Shown piece after piece: positions 27,795 through 37,889 of a DNA stretch of 64,000 nt. The stretch comes from Polyangiaceae bacterium. GTDB taxonomy: Bacteria > Myxococcota_A > Polyangia > Polyangiales > Polyangiaceae. The position numbers and the translations under genes are program-made. Under the pieces are notes generated by a model that saw only the letters and a program-made list of their open reading frames with translations, made no database searches and was not told the DNA's origin. How positions within the stretch are numbered: the first letter of the stretch is position 1; every line of letters begins with the position of its first letter. The stretch spans positions 544,001 to 608,000 of the forward strand of contig CBDCTZ010000012.1 in the NCBI GenBank assembly GCA_965222375.1. The letters run 5' to 3'.

Positions 27795-28412
27795 TCAGCG
27801 TAGGGCGCGTGCGTACTCCTCGAACTCACTCAATGCTTGCTTCAGCCGCTCCAGCGCGTAGCGCATGCGACTCTTCACTGTGTTTTCTCCGACACCAACG
27901 ACCTCCGCGATCTCCTTGAATGGCAGGTTGCCGACTTCGCGGAGCAGAAACACCTCGCGTTGGTCATCCGGAAGGGCACCAACGGCTGCCACAATCCGGT
28001 CGCGGACTTGGTTGCCACTCGCTGTCCGTTCCACGCTGGCGCTATGGTGACCGTCCGCCGTGGAGTCGCCAAGAGACCGCCCCTCGCTGTCCTTGCCCGC
28101 CGGCTGGTCTAGGGAGGGGTGGCGCCGGTGTTTGGCCTTTCGCAGATGGTCGACACAGAGGTTTCGCGCAATCGTGTAGAGCCATGTCGAAAAGCGCGCC
28201 TCGTGCTTGAACTCGCCAGCGTTCTGCACGACTCGGAGAAACGCGTCCTGGGTCACGTCTTCGGCTGTCTGAGGGTTCTTCACTTGGCGATACACGAAGT
28301 TGTAGATGGGGCCTTTGTAGCGGTGCACAATTTCCGCGAACGCGTCACGGTCGCCACGCTGGTAGCGCACCATGAGCATTTCGTCGGTTGCGTTGCCGCG
28401 GCCGCCCCCCAT
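27795..28412 (-). CDS. ECF-type RNA polymerase sigma factor
   Basis: DEMLM...GD..AF, AEDVTQDAF, FSTWLYTIARN, LP..QREVF.L, EIA...TVKSR. Confidence 0.95.
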   Translation of the reverse strand: MGGGRGNATDEMLMVRYQRGDRDAFAEIVHRYKGPIYNFVYRQVKNPQTAEDVTQDAFLRVVQNAGEFKHEARFSTWLYTIARNLCVDHLRKAKHRRHPSLDQPAGKDSEGRSLGDSTADGHHSASVERTASGNQVRDRIVAAVGALPDDQREVFLLREVGNLPFKEIAEVVGVGENTVKSRMRYALERLKQALSEFEEYARALR

Positions 28413-28498
28413 GCCGTCACCCCGACTCTTTCGCCGAGGTGAGACGCGTCGGCGCTACGGCGCTCCGACCGACCCAAGGAAAAGCCGCGCTGCGGGTC

Positions 28499-28528
28499 CA
28501 TGACAGGTTCCGGCTGATCCGACGTTCC
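28499..28528 (-). promoter_or_regulatory. Candidate autoregulatory ECF promoter
   Basis: Minus strand GGAACGT, 17 nt, GTCATG, upstream of the ECF gene. Confidence 0.35.
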
Positions 28529-28749
28529 ACCACGTCTTCCGATCTACCGAAGGCCGGTCCCCCGGTCATCACCGCAAAAATGCCGCGATACCGGCCCATG
28601 GGCCGGATCGGGATTTGGAAGGATCGCCCTGATGCGCCGCCCCCTGTTGCAGCCTGGCCGGATTCCGAACATAAGGGACGCCTGAAATGTTTCCTGGGGA
28701 TGCGAGCTTTGGCTCGACCCTTCGTCTTATTCCACTAAGAGGGATCATC

Positions 28750-29670
28750 ATGCAGCGTTGGATTGGGTGTTGGGCGACCGTAGGCGCGCTCGTTCTTGGA
28801 ACGGGCGGGGCATTGGCACAGGGGGCAGGCGCCAAGCCGGATGAAAAGGCTGCGGGTGCCGACGCCAAGGCGACTGACGCGAAAGCGGATGCAAAGGCCG
28901 GTGATACGAAAGCCGGTGACGCCAAAGCGGGTGACGCCAAAGCGGGTGACGCCAAAGCGGGTGATGCCAAAGCGGGCGATGCCAAAGGCGGCGACGCTCC
29001 GGCGACGACGACTCCCGCCACGACCGGTACGCCGGTCGCGTCCAGCAAGTCCGGGACCGTTGATGGCGCAACCTTCAAGGTGCGCCTTCGCGGACTCGAG
29101 CAGCGGGTCGACGAGCTCAAGGAACAGATTCGGCGAAGCCACACCCGCCTGAGCCTGCTGAGTGAGACGATCCTCTCCGGTGGCGTCGGTGGTGCGCGGG
29201 CAGAAATCACCTTCACCAACGACATGAGCAACATCTTCAAGCTCACCCGCGCTCTGTTCGTGTTGGACGGCGCCGTGCAGTACAACAAGCAGGACGATAC
29301 CGGCGCGCTCGCCGACCAGAAGAAGATCCCGATCTTCAGTGGTTCGGTACCTCCTGGTGACCACACCTTGCAGGTGCTGCTCCAGCTCCGAGGTCACGGA
29401 TACGGGGTCTTTTCCTACCTTCGCGGCTATCGCTTCGAAGTGAAGTCGAGTCACTCGTTCACGGTGACCGAGGGCAAGACCATGGAGCTCGAAGCCGTGG
29501 CCTGGGAAAAGGGGGGAGTGACGACTCCCGTCGAGCAGCGCCCTGCTATTCGCTACGTCGAAAAGGTCCGCTCGGGTAACGCGCCTTCATCCGGCGGCGG
29601 GAGCAAGAAGGGCAGCGATTCCAAGGGTGGCCTGAGCGGCTCGTTTTCGGTCGGCACAGGAGGAAAGTGA
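28750..29670 (+). CDS. Exported protein heading the Glt-like operon (low-complexity N-terminus, coiled coil, beta-sandwich)
   Basis: RBS AGAGGGA; signal peptide ending ALA; AGDAK repeats; LEQRVDELKE coil; GTGA overlap with the next gene. Confidence 0.8.
   Translation: MQRWIGCWATVGALVLGTGGALAQGAGAKPDEKAAGADAKATDAKADAKAGDTKAGDAKAGDAKAGDAKAGDAKAGDAKGGDAPATTTPATTGTPVASSKSGTVDGATFKVRLRGLEQRVDELKEQIRRSHTRLSLLSETILSGGVGGARAEITFTNDMSNIFKLTRALFVLDGAVQYNKQDDTGALADQKKIPIFSGSVPPGDHTLQVLLQLRGHGYGVFSYLRGYRFEVKSSHSFTVTEGKTMELEAVAWEKGGVTTPVEQRPAIRYVEKVRSGNAPSSGGGSKKGSDSKGGLSGSFSVGTGGK
28897..28986 (+). repeat. In-frame 15-bp tandem repeat, 6 copies (AGDTK + 5x AGDAK)
   Basis: GCSGGYGAYRCSAAA units read directly; partial seventh copy to 28998. 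Confidence 0.9.
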
Positions 29671-32096
29671 TGCGTGCATTTCGCGTCCGCCTCACGGCGG
29701 TCGGCGCGCTGGCGGCACTGCTGTCGGTGTCGCAGTTCGCGTCCGCGCTGAGCTCGAGCAAGGCTCGGGGTAGCGCACAATTGTCAGTGCAGGCCGTTGA
29801 GCGCGATCTGCCCAAGGTTCAAAAAGCCGCAAAGCGCGTCCGGCATAAACGTGCGACCCCGGCGCAGCGGGTTGCAGCGGGTGACATCCTGTATCGCAAC
29901 AAGGACTACGCCCGCGCCATCGACACCTTCGCGCAAGTCGTCGAGTTGCATCGCCAAGGCAAGGCGGACGCGAATGCGCACGCCGACGGCGTGTTCTATT
30001 TAGGGGAAAGCTACTTTGCATCAAAGCAGCTGCTCTCGGCCCGTCGACACTATTTGGAGATCTTGGATAAGGGCGGTCAAGCGCCGTACTCCAAGTACGC
30101 AGGGCGCGCGGTCAGCCGCCTAGTCGACGTGAGCCTCAGGACTTCCACGCTCGAGAAGCTCGACCAGGTGTTCGCCAAGCTCAATCAGCTTCCTGGCTCT
30201 GACGCCACGGGTTCGCTTCAGTATGCCCGTGGCAAGCTGCTTTATGCGAAGAAGGAGTACGACGCCGCCAAGAGCGCGGTAGGCGCTGTGCCGGCGGGGT
30301 CGCCCTACAACCACCAGGCCCAGTACCTGCTCGGTGTGGTCATGGTGAAGCAGGCCACTCCGGAACCACCCGCGGAAGGCACGCCGCCTCCGGATCAGCC
30401 TGAAATCGTTCAGCCGGGTATGGTCGCGAAGCCCACGCCCGGATCTCGCGCCCGGTACGCGGCCGCGATTGAGCAGTTCCGGAGGGTCACGCGACTCAAG
30501 GCGGACACGCGCGCTCACCGCCATGTCGTCGATCTGTCCTGGATGGCCATGGGCCGGCTGTTCTACGAATCCGACAATTTCTTGGACGCCGCGGAGGCGT
30601 ACAGCCACGTCGACCGCACCAGCCCGGAGTTCTCGACCATGCTCTACGAGTTGGCATGGGTGTACGTGCGCCTTGGGGACTACCAGCGCGCCCAGCGCGC
30701 ACTGGAAGTGCTCAGCATTACGGATCCCGAGAGTCTGCGATTGGCGGACGGCTCGCTGCTGCGGGCAGATCTCATGCTCCGCAGTGGCCAATTCGACAAG
30801 GCGTTGACGCTTTATCGAACGGTTCGTAGCCGCTTCGACCCGATTCGTGAGCAAGTGGACACGTTTTTGAAGGAAGTTACGGATCCCGCCGTCTATTACG
30901 ATCGATTGGTTGAAACCGAAGGCGTAACGGATGGTTCGGGTGGCACCTTGTCCCCTGTGGTCGTGCAGTGGGCTCGCGAAGAAGCGGAAAACGACCGCGC
31001 CTTCGCCGTTATCGACGATGTGTCCGCCTCTCGTGATCTGATCCGTCGCTCGCGGCGTTTGATCTTGAAGCTGAACGCGGTGCTCGGCGCGCCGACTCGC
31101 TTCCGGGCCTTTCCTGAGCTTCAGGCCTCCATGGAGGCGACCTTGGGACTCATCAATCGCACTGGTCAGGCGCGGATGACCCTGGCTGCCGGAATGGACG
31201 ACGAGGCGGGGAGTGGAAGCGGAGAACTCCGTTCGATTCGCAAACAACGCAGGGCGCTGATGAAGCGAATGGGCTACCTGCCCGTTACGCCGGGCGACTT
31301 CGCCAAACGCGAGGCAGCTGGAGATCGTCAGTGGAACCGGGTGGGGCAGAAGATTCAGCGTCTGGAGTTGGAGTCGGACCGACTCCAAGCGTTGATCAAT
31401 GGGCTGCGCCGCGTGCTCAAGGATGGCGACAGATTCGGCGTCACGAGCGACCAGAACAGCCGCAAGCGTTTCCAGGCCGAGATCGAAGCCAACGAGCGGG
31501 ACTTGGGTCTGTACCGCAAACGCATCAAGCAATACCGGGACGCCGTGGAAATGGGTCGCGTGCAGGTCGGCTTTGGAGATCAACGCTTCGTGGATGACGA
31601 CCGAGTGCGCAGGCGTTTTCGTCAGCTCTTCGCTCGGGAGGTGCAGCTCGTTGCCTCCGGGCAAGACAACTCGGACGCGGCAGCCTACGCGCGCTCGATT
31701 CAGTCGGTTCTCACCCGCGCGGATCGCGTAGAGGACTCCCTCGAAGCCACCAAGTCCCGCTTGGAACGCGAGGCCGAGGAGCGCAGCCGGGGTCTCAAGG
31801 CGGCGGTGGATCGCGAAGTCGCGAACATCGAGAGGTACTCCAGGGACCTAGACGCCCTCGACCAAGAGGCGAGGCTACTTATCGGCGAAGTTGCCATGAA
31901 GAACTTTGGCCTGGTGCGGGACCGACTCAAAAGCGTGGTCCTGCGCTCGGACGTCGGAATCGTTCAGCAGGCGTGGGAGGTGCGCGAGGAGCAGCGCCAT
32001 CGCGTCCGTAACCTGCAGCGTGAACGTGCCCGTGAGGAGCAAAACTTGAACGACGAGCTTCGAGAAGTGCTCGACGACGCGGGCGGTGACCTATGA
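29667..32096 (+). CDS. Exported TPR + coiled-coil protein (Glt/Nfs-cluster type, GltC/D-like)
   Basis: Signal peptide; TPR motifs (FYLGESYF, AQYLLG, AMGRLFYE, LYELAWVY); long C-terminal coils. Confidence 0.75.
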   Translation: MMRAFRVRLTAVGALAALLSVSQFASALSSSKARGSAQLSVQAVERDLPKVQKAAKRVRHKRATPAQRVAAGDILYRNKDYARAIDTFAQVVELHRQGKADANAHADGVFYLGESYFASKQLLSARRHYLEILDKGGQAPYSKYAGRAVSRLVDVSLRTSTLEKLDQVFAKLNQLPGSDATGSLQYARGKLLYAKKEYDAAKSAVGAVPAGSPYNHQAQYLLGVVMVKQATPEPPAEGTPPPDQPEIVQPGMVAKPTPGSRARYAAAIEQFRRVTRLKADTRAHRHVVDLSWMAMGRLFYESDNFLDAAEAYSHVDRTSPEFSTMLYELAWVYVRLGDYQRAQRALEVLSITDPESLRLADGSLLRADLMLRSGQFDKALTLYRTVRSRFDPIREQVDTFLKEVTDPAVYYDRLVETEGVTDGSGGTLSPVVVQWAREEAENDRAFAVIDDVSASRDLIRRSRRLILKLNAVLGAPTRFRAFPELQASMEATLGLINRTGQARMTLAAGMDDEAGSGSGELRSIRKQRRALMKRMGYLPVTPGDFAKREAAGDRQWNRVGQKIQRLELESDRLQALINGLRRVLKDGDRFGVTSDQNSRKRFQAEIEANERDLGLYRKRIKQYRDAVEMGRVQVGFGDQRFVDDDRVRRRFRQLFAREVQLVASGQDNSDAAAYARSIQSVLTRADRVEDSLEATKSRLEREAEERSRGLKAAVDREVANIERYSRDLDALDQEARLLIGEVAMKNFGLVRDRLKSVVLRSDVGIVQQAWEVREEQRHRVRNLQRERAREEQNLNDELREVLDDAGGDL

Positions 32097-35000
32097 GTTC
32101 CCGTTCGGCTTCGTCGATCGCATGGATGGTCGGCCTAGGCGCGCTATCGGTCCTTGCTGGGCCCAGAGTGGCTTGGTCTCAGGCCGGAGCGACGCCACCC
32201 GCGGCAGCCGGCGGGGCTGCGGCCGGTGCGGGTGGGAGCGGTGCATCCTCCGGTGCGTTGCCCCCGGCTACGACACCGCCGCCCAGCACCAAGACGCCGA
32301 GTGCGCCGCCGATCAAATTCAAGAAGAACGCGCCACCTCCACCGCCTCCCACAGCAGCCCAGCTCCGCGCACTCAAGATCCTGCAGGCTGAGGCCAAAGA
32401 GTACGAAAAAGGGGCCAAACACTTCCGCGACACGCTCACGATGATTGTGAGGCACCACTACGAAGAGCGTCGCCGCCGTATCTTGACCGCCCTTGATCGC
32501 GAGATCGGTATCGAAAAGAAGGGCCTGCGAGACGCCCGTGCTGAAGCCATCAAGCGACTCGAGAAGTTCATCGCCGTCTACAGCGGCGCCAACGCACATC
32601 CGGTGGCGACTCCGGACGCCATGTTTCGCTTGGCCGCGCTCTACGAAGAGCGGGCGAGGGAGAGCCAAGACGCGGACGTTGCGACGGGTCTCGACCCCGC
32701 GATCAACCTGTATCGGCGCATCATCACCGAGTACCCGAACTACGAAGAGATTGCCGCTGTGCACTACTTCCTGGGACACGCCTACACGGACTCGGCGCGC
32801 CTGGAGGAGGGTCAGCAGGCGTGGCGGGTACTGGTCTGTTCGAACAAGTTCCAGGTCAAGCAGGACCCAGACGATACGGGCAAGATCACGGTTCAGGACC
32901 TGCCACAAGACCACGACCAGAAGTTCTGGAACGACTGGTACAACAAGCACCCTGTACCTCTCGATCAGCTGGGCAAGCTCGGGAACAAGCCGGCCAAGAA
33001 GCGCAAGGCCGACCCGATGGGGACGGACGAAGAAGAGCTGACGTTCAAGGACCCTTACGGTGAGTGCAAGCCGCTACCCCAGAACCTGAAGCCCGGCGAG
33101 CAACCCCGTTACCTCGCTGAGGTTTGGTGGCAGATCGGTAACTTCCACTTCGACCAAATCGACCCCAAAGGCGGGCCCTACAACCTCAATCGCGCCGTGA
33201 GCGCCTACGACCACAGTCTCGAATACAAGAAGCCGCCCCTCTACGGCGTTTCCATGTACAAGCAGGCGTGGACCTACTTCAAACAACAGCGCTACAGCAC
33301 GGCCACGGAGTGGTTCGTCAAGCTGTTGCACTATGCTGACGAGCAGGAGGCGAAGACCGGCGATCCAGGAGCAGACTTCCGCCAGGAAGCATTCACCTAC
33401 ATCGCCGGATCCTTGACCTACGTGGACTTCGCGGGGCCGCCACCTCAAGATCCCTACATCCCGCGCAACGATGTGCTGGATCTCGAATCGGATCCTGTGA
33501 TTGCCGAGCAGAAGATGGCGATCGCCATCGAGCGCGTGCAAGACCCGAAGCTGATCCCGCAGGACAAGAAGTGGACGGTCGAGATCTACAAGGCGCTTGC
33601 CCAAGAGTTCATCGAGATCACGCAGAACCGCAATGCCATCGCGACGCTAGAGCTCACGCTCAAGAAGTTCCCGATGGATCGCGATGCTCCGGTGATGCAG
33701 AACAAGGTTGCCGAGCTATACGATCAGCTCTCGCGCCTCTCGCCGGAAGGCTCTGCCGCAAAGGCGGAATACAGCGCCAAGGCGTTGAAGGCCCGGACGC
33801 TCCTAGCGCAGTACGTAGGGGCGACGCCTTGGACGGACGCGAACAAGGACGATCCCGAAGCACTGGCGCAGGCCGAAGCGCTGGTCAAGGGTGGACTGAA
33901 GCGGGCGGCTGCGGATCACACCAACGCAGCGCGGGCGTCCTACAACCAGGCGCTGGAACGCAGCGACCCGGGTGAGCAGCGAGCCCTGATCGAGAAGTCC
34001 ATCGAGGAATACAAGCTCGCGGAGACGGGTTGGGCCGCTTACATCGCCCAGGATCCCAACGCCCTCGACGCCTACGAGAGCAAGTTCTGGCTTGCCGATG
34101 CGCGCTATTGGGTCGTTGTGCTTCAGGTAACGATTGAACGCACACCGTCACCGGCCGAGGTTTCTGGCGCCCGTGAGGCTGCCATCACTGTCCGAGACTC
34201 GAACGAGGACGACAAGTACCTGCAGCCGGCGGCGTACTACGTGGTCACGCTGGCGGACAAGGTGCTCGAAGACCACCACCGCCAGTTCGAGGAGAGCAAG
34301 GGTGCTCGAGGTATCGAAAAGCGTGAAAAAGTCGAGCGCACCGGGGATGGTCCTGACGCGAAGGTCGTCAAGGTTGCGGTGCCGCAACCCGTAGTCGATA
34401 CGATCACGGCGCGAGACGAATACAACGCTCGCATTCCCCTGGATCGCGACCCGAAGCAGAACGGCACGTTGTATGCGTTCCAAGGCGCGGACAACTACTA
34501 CGTATATGGGCAGTTCGACCAAGCCCGCCCACGCTTCAAGGCGCTCTACGACCAGTATTGCGGCACGAACAAGTGGGGCTTCAAAGCCTGGGAACGGCTG
34601 ATCGACATGGCCGCTCTGGAGGGCGACGCAAAGGCCAGTACCAAGTTGGCCAAGGGCAAGAGCTGCGCTTACGACGAAGAGACGAAGGTCGCCGAGGAGG
34701 CCAAGCGCAAGCCCGTGATGCAGACCGCTGCCTACGCGGAAGCTGCCGAGCTGTTCAAGAAAGCCGAGAAGATGCCCGACGGGCCGGAGCGCAAGAAGAC
34801 CTGGCGCAAGGCAGCCGCGGCCTACAAGGTGGCACTCGACGCGGCCCCGGCGCGCAAGGAGGCACCTGAAGCCGCCATGAACGGCGCTTATGCGTACAAG
34901 CAGGTGGGCGAGTACGACAAGGCCATCGAGATGTACGAGCTATTCATCTCGCAGTACGGCAGTGAGAAGAAGCTGCAGGCGCTCAAGAACGGCGATCCGA

Positions 35001-36283
35001 ACGCAAAGCCGCCCAAGGCCGCCCAACCCAAGGAGTACGAGGACCGCGTCAAGTACTTGAAGACGGCGTACGACGCTCTGGCCGGGTCGTACGTGCTGTT
35101 TTTTGACTACCCAAAGGCCGCGCAGACCTTCGACAAGATCAGCAGCATCGAGCATTTCGCGCCCAAGGATCGGCGTGAAGCCGCTCGCCAGTCCATGTCT
35201 CTCTACGCGAGTTTGGGCGACCGGGGCGGCATGAACAAGGCGAGGAACCGGTTCAAGGCCTTGGGCGCGTCGCCCAAGGAGATTGCCGAGGCGGACTTCA
35301 TCATCGCTAGTTCCGACTTGAAGAAATGGGATGAGTTTTCACCGGACAAGGGCGCCAATCAGGCGGCGCGGAAGACTGCCCAGACGTCCATGTCGAACTA
35401 CTACGCCAAGAACAAGAACAACGGTGCAGCAGCGCAATGGGTTGTACATTCGGCCTATCACGTTGCAAAGATGAAGCACTCGTCTCGTCAGGGCGACACC
35501 AACAAATGGTGGGGCTACACCATTGCCGCCTACGACAAGTACAAGACGGTTGCCCCCGCCAAGGCCGGGAAGGGCGGCGCCAAGGGCTCCCCGGAGGCCG
35601 GCATGGCGGCACAAGCCGCGTACACCATGGTCGACGAAGATCTCGAGCGCAGGTGGGATTACGGCAACGTCGCGAAGCACAAGTACAAGGGCACGGCTGT
35701 CAAGGTCATCGGCGCGTACCGTAAGAACGCTCTGGAAGCGAAGAAGTGGTACGACAAGCTTCAGGCGATCATCGACAAGTATGTGTCGCCCGAGTGGAGC
35801 ACCGTCGCAATCGCGCGTCAGGGCACGGTGTACGACTCTCTTCGGACGGGCCTGTACAACACGCGTCCGCCGAACCTCGTGATGTTCGACAAGAAGACCG
35901 AGGCGCTGCTGAAGAAGGCAGAAAACAGCGACAATCCGGACTTGCAAGAGAAAGCAGACGCGGTGCGCGTGAAGGTCCAAAAAGCTTGGCGCGACGCTCG
36001 CGATAAGGAAATCGACAGTGCGGACGGCATCGTCGTCGACCGCTATGGCAACGCAATCGTCCTGGCTCGACGCTATAGCGTCTCAAATCCGGGTGTGACC
36101 CATGCCATCCGCCGCCTCGCGTTTCTAACGGACGTGATTGGCGAGGCGAAGATGAAGCAGCACGCGGCGGGCGTGAAGGATCTGAACTACACGGACGGTA
36201 TGTTCCTCAGGATGCGACCGGGGCAGGTGACCTCGCCGGAGCCCGAAGGCATGCCGCGACCGCTGCCGGTATTGGCACGCTGA
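32093..36283 (+). CDS. Large TPR protein, GltD/AgmU (NfsD)-like paralogue
   Basis: 1396 aa; signal peptide; PDAMFRLAALY, YFLGHAY, EVWWQIGNFHF, YKQAWTYF, LR/FRQEA patterns; position before GltE/F/G-like genes. Confidence 0.75.
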   Translation: MSSRSASSIAWMVGLGALSVLAGPRVAWSQAGATPPAAAGGAAAGAGGSGASSGALPPATTPPPSTKTPSAPPIKFKKNAPPPPPPTAAQLRALKILQAEAKEYEKGAKHFRDTLTMIVRHHYEERRRRILTALDREIGIEKKGLRDARAEAIKRLEKFIAVYSGANAHPVATPDAMFRLAALYEERARESQDADVATGLDPAINLYRRIITEYPNYEEIAAVHYFLGHAYTDSARLEEGQQAWRVLVCSNKFQVKQDPDDTGKITVQDLPQDHDQKFWNDWYNKHPVPLDQLGKLGNKPAKKRKADPMGTDEEELTFKDPYGECKPLPQNLKPGEQPRYLAEVWWQIGNFHFDQIDPKGGPYNLNRAVSAYDHSLEYKKPPLYGVSMYKQAWTYFKQQRYSTATEWFVKLLHYADEQEAKTGDPGADFRQEAFTYIAGSLTYVDFAGPPPQDPYIPRNDVLDLESDPVIAEQKMAIAIERVQDPKLIPQDKKWTVEIYKALAQEFIEITQNRNAIATLELTLKKFPMDRDAPVMQNKVAELYDQLSRLSPEGSAAKAEYSAKALKARTLLAQYVGATPWTDANKDDPEALAQAEALVKGGLKRAAADHTNAARASYNQALERSDPGEQRALIEKSIEEYKLAETGWAAYIAQDPNALDAYESKFWLADARYWVVVLQVTIERTPSPAEVSGAREAAITVRDSNEDDKYLQPAAYYVVTLADKVLEDHHRQFEESKGARGIEKREKVERTGDGPDAKVVKVAVPQPVVDTITARDEYNARIPLDRDPKQNGTLYAFQGADNYYVYGQFDQARPRFKALYDQYCGTNKWGFKAWERLIDMAALEGDAKASTKLAKGKSCAYDEETKVAEEAKRKPVMQTAAYAEAAELFKKAEKMPDGPERKKTWRKAAAAYKVALDAAPARKEAPEAAMNGAYAYKQVGEYDKAIEMYELFISQYGSEKKLQALKNGDPNAKPPKAAQPKEYEDRVKYLKTAYDALAGSYVLFFDYPKAAQTFDKISSIEHFAPKDRREAARQSMSLYASLGDRGGMNKARNRFKALGASPKEIAEADFIIASSDLKKWDEFSPDKGANQAARKTAQTSMSNYYAKNKNNGAAAQWVVHSAYHVAKMKHSSRQGDTNKWWGYTIAAYDKYKTVAPAKAGKGGAKGSPEAGMAAQAAYTMVDEDLERRWDYGNVAKHKYKGTAVKVIGAYRKNALEAKKWYDKLQAIIDKYVSPEWSTVAIARQGTVYDSLRTGLYNTRPPNLVMFDKKTEALLKKAENSDNPDLQEKADAVRVKVQKAWRDARDKEIDSADGIVVDRYGNAIVLARRYSVSNPGVTHAIRRLAFLTDVIGEAKMKQHAAGVKDLNYTDGMFLRMRPGQVTSPEPEGMPRPLPVLAR

Positions 36284-36294
36284 GGAGGCGCAGG

Positions 36295-37647
36295 ATGCGA
36301 TTCAACTCATGGGCAGCTTTTTCACTCGCAGTGCTGCTGGGCATCAGCAGCACTGCGTGCGGCGGAAAGCAGGGAGACAGTAAGCTCCCCACTGGAACCA
36401 AAGTCGACACCCCCGCGACCGGAGGACCCGGTGCGGTCTATTCCCCCACCGGCCAGCAGTACGCGGTGACAGATGCGCCCTCCAGTGGGGAGGCGGCGAC
36501 CAATCGTCCCCGGATGAACGCCAAAGCTCAAGCCGCGTATCAGGCTGGGATGGCAGCGTTCCAGGCGGGGGACTTGGCGGGGGCCAAGCAGCAATTCACT
36601 CAAGCGACCCAGGCGGACTCCAAGGCCTACCAGGCGTACTATTCCCTGGGCGTGGTTCGAGAGCGGTTGGGGGAGGTCAGCGGGGCGCAGAGCTCATATC
36701 AGAAGGCTGTCAGCGTAGTGCCAGACTACGAACCCGCCATCGTCGCTTACGCCAAGCTGGCCGCGCGGGCCGGACGGATCGGTGAGGCCGAGTCGTTCTT
36801 GAACTCGAAGCTCTCCAAGATGCCCAAGAGCGCGGCGGTTCCCGCGGCGCTAGCCGAGGTGAAGAGCATTCAAGGCAACAGCTCCGAGGCCCAGAAGTAC
36901 GCTCGGGACGCTCTCAAGAAGAATCCCGACTACAGGCCCGCCATGATTGTGATCGCTCGAGATCACTATCGGCGCCGTCGCTTGGATCTAGCGCTGTACT
37001 CATTGCAGGCGATTCTCGATGGCTTTGGCGACGAGAACCCCGCCCGGGACAAGGACAATGCCGAGGCCAGGTTGTTGCGCGCTCTGATCTACAAGGAGCA
37101 GGGCAATCGAAAAGGCGCCATGGAGGACTTTCGAGCTGCCATGAAGACGCGTCCAGATCTGGTCGAGGCGCGCGTGCACCTTGCGAGCTACCACCTCGAG
37201 GGCGGCAACGCGAGCAGCGCCGTGCAGCTACTCGAGACTGCGCTGAAGTACGATAGTCGTCATGTGCTGGCTCGGCTGAACCTGGGGGACGCTTATCGTT
37301 TGCTCGGCAAGACCGCTCAGGCCAAGAAGGAGTTGGAGTGGGTCGCGAACAAGGACCCGCAGTTGGCGCAAGTTCACTACAACCTTGGGTTGCTCTATCT
37401 CTTCAGTGACAGCGTGCCCGGCGTATCGAAGCTGCAGTCCGTGCAAAAAGCCATCACTGAGCTCGAGACCTACAAGAAGATGAAGCCCCGGGCGAAAGCC
37501 GGCGAGAAGGACGACACGGACGAGCTGATCACCCGCGCCAAGACCAAGAAGGCGATTATCGAGTCCCAGCAGGCCGAGAAGGCCAAACCCAAGAAGTCGA
37601 GCAAGAAGTCTGCCGGCTCGATGCCTTCCACTGGAGGTAAGAAGTGA
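36295..37647 (+). CDS. TPR lipoprotein, GltE/AglT-like paralogue
   Basis: Lipobox STAC; TPR repeats (YYSLGVV, ARLNLGDAYR, HYNLGLLYL); RBS GAGGAGG. Confidence 0.78.
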   Translation: MRFNSWAAFSLAVLLGISSTACGGKQGDSKLPTGTKVDTPATGGPGAVYSPTGQQYAVTDAPSSGEAATNRPRMNAKAQAAYQAGMAAFQAGDLAGAKQQFTQATQADSKAYQAYYSLGVVRERLGEVSGAQSSYQKAVSVVPDYEPAIVAYAKLAARAGRIGEAESFLNSKLSKMPKSAAVPAALAEVKSIQGNSSEAQKYARDALKKNPDYRPAMIVIARDHYRRRRLDLALYSLQAILDGFGDENPARDKDNAEARLLRALIYKEQGNRKGAMEDFRAAMKTRPDLVEARVHLASYHLEGGNASSAVQLLETALKYDSRHVLARLNLGDAYRLLGKTAQAKKELEWVANKDPQLAQVHYNLGLLYLFSDSVPGVSKLQSVQKAITELETYKKMKPRAKAGEKDDTDELITRAKTKKAIIESQQAEKAKPKKSSKKSAGSMPSTGGKK

Positions 37648-37889
37648 TGAACCGCTGCCTTTTCATGACTCTCGCAGCCACGTTCGTGGTCTCCGCCTTT
37701 GCGCAGTCTGCCTCGGCGCAAGCCAAGGGTCGCGTGGTCACGATCAGTGAGGTAACGATCGTCGGACGAGTTCAGAAGCCGATCGCAGCTGTGGACGTCA
37801 GTCGCATCCAGCCGAAGTTGACCCTTGCCGAGTTGCGGCAGCCGTTTCTGCACCGAATCGAAAAAGCGCTGTACAGCGATCCTTTTTGA
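37644..37889 (+). CDS. Small exported protein, GltF/CglF-like
   Basis: 81 aa; signal peptide; VTIVGRVQKP motif; C-terminal F..RI......PF; located between GltE-like and GltG-like genes. Confidence 0.7.
   Translation: MMNRCLFMTLAATFVVSAFAQSASAQAKGRVVTISEVTIVGRVQKPIAAVDVSRIQPKLTLAELRQPFLHRIEKALYSDPF

Noticed and set aside
28413..28749. ncRNA, tRNA or riboswitch in the larger intergenic gaps (also 40042-40274, 58791-59021)
   Set aside because: No cloverleaf or recognisable aptamer seen by eye; the gaps are explained by promoters. An Rfam scan would be needed to exclude them fully.
28897..28998. Short direct repeats as a possible CRISPR array
   Set aside because: 15-bp units with no spacers, in frame inside a CDS; no cas genes.
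30120..31664. 514-aa minus-strand ORF (and similar long antisense ORFs, e.g. 19462..20394, 25387..26295, 28569..29366)
   Set aside because: Shadow frames of well-supported genes in GC-rich DNA; no recognisable motifs.
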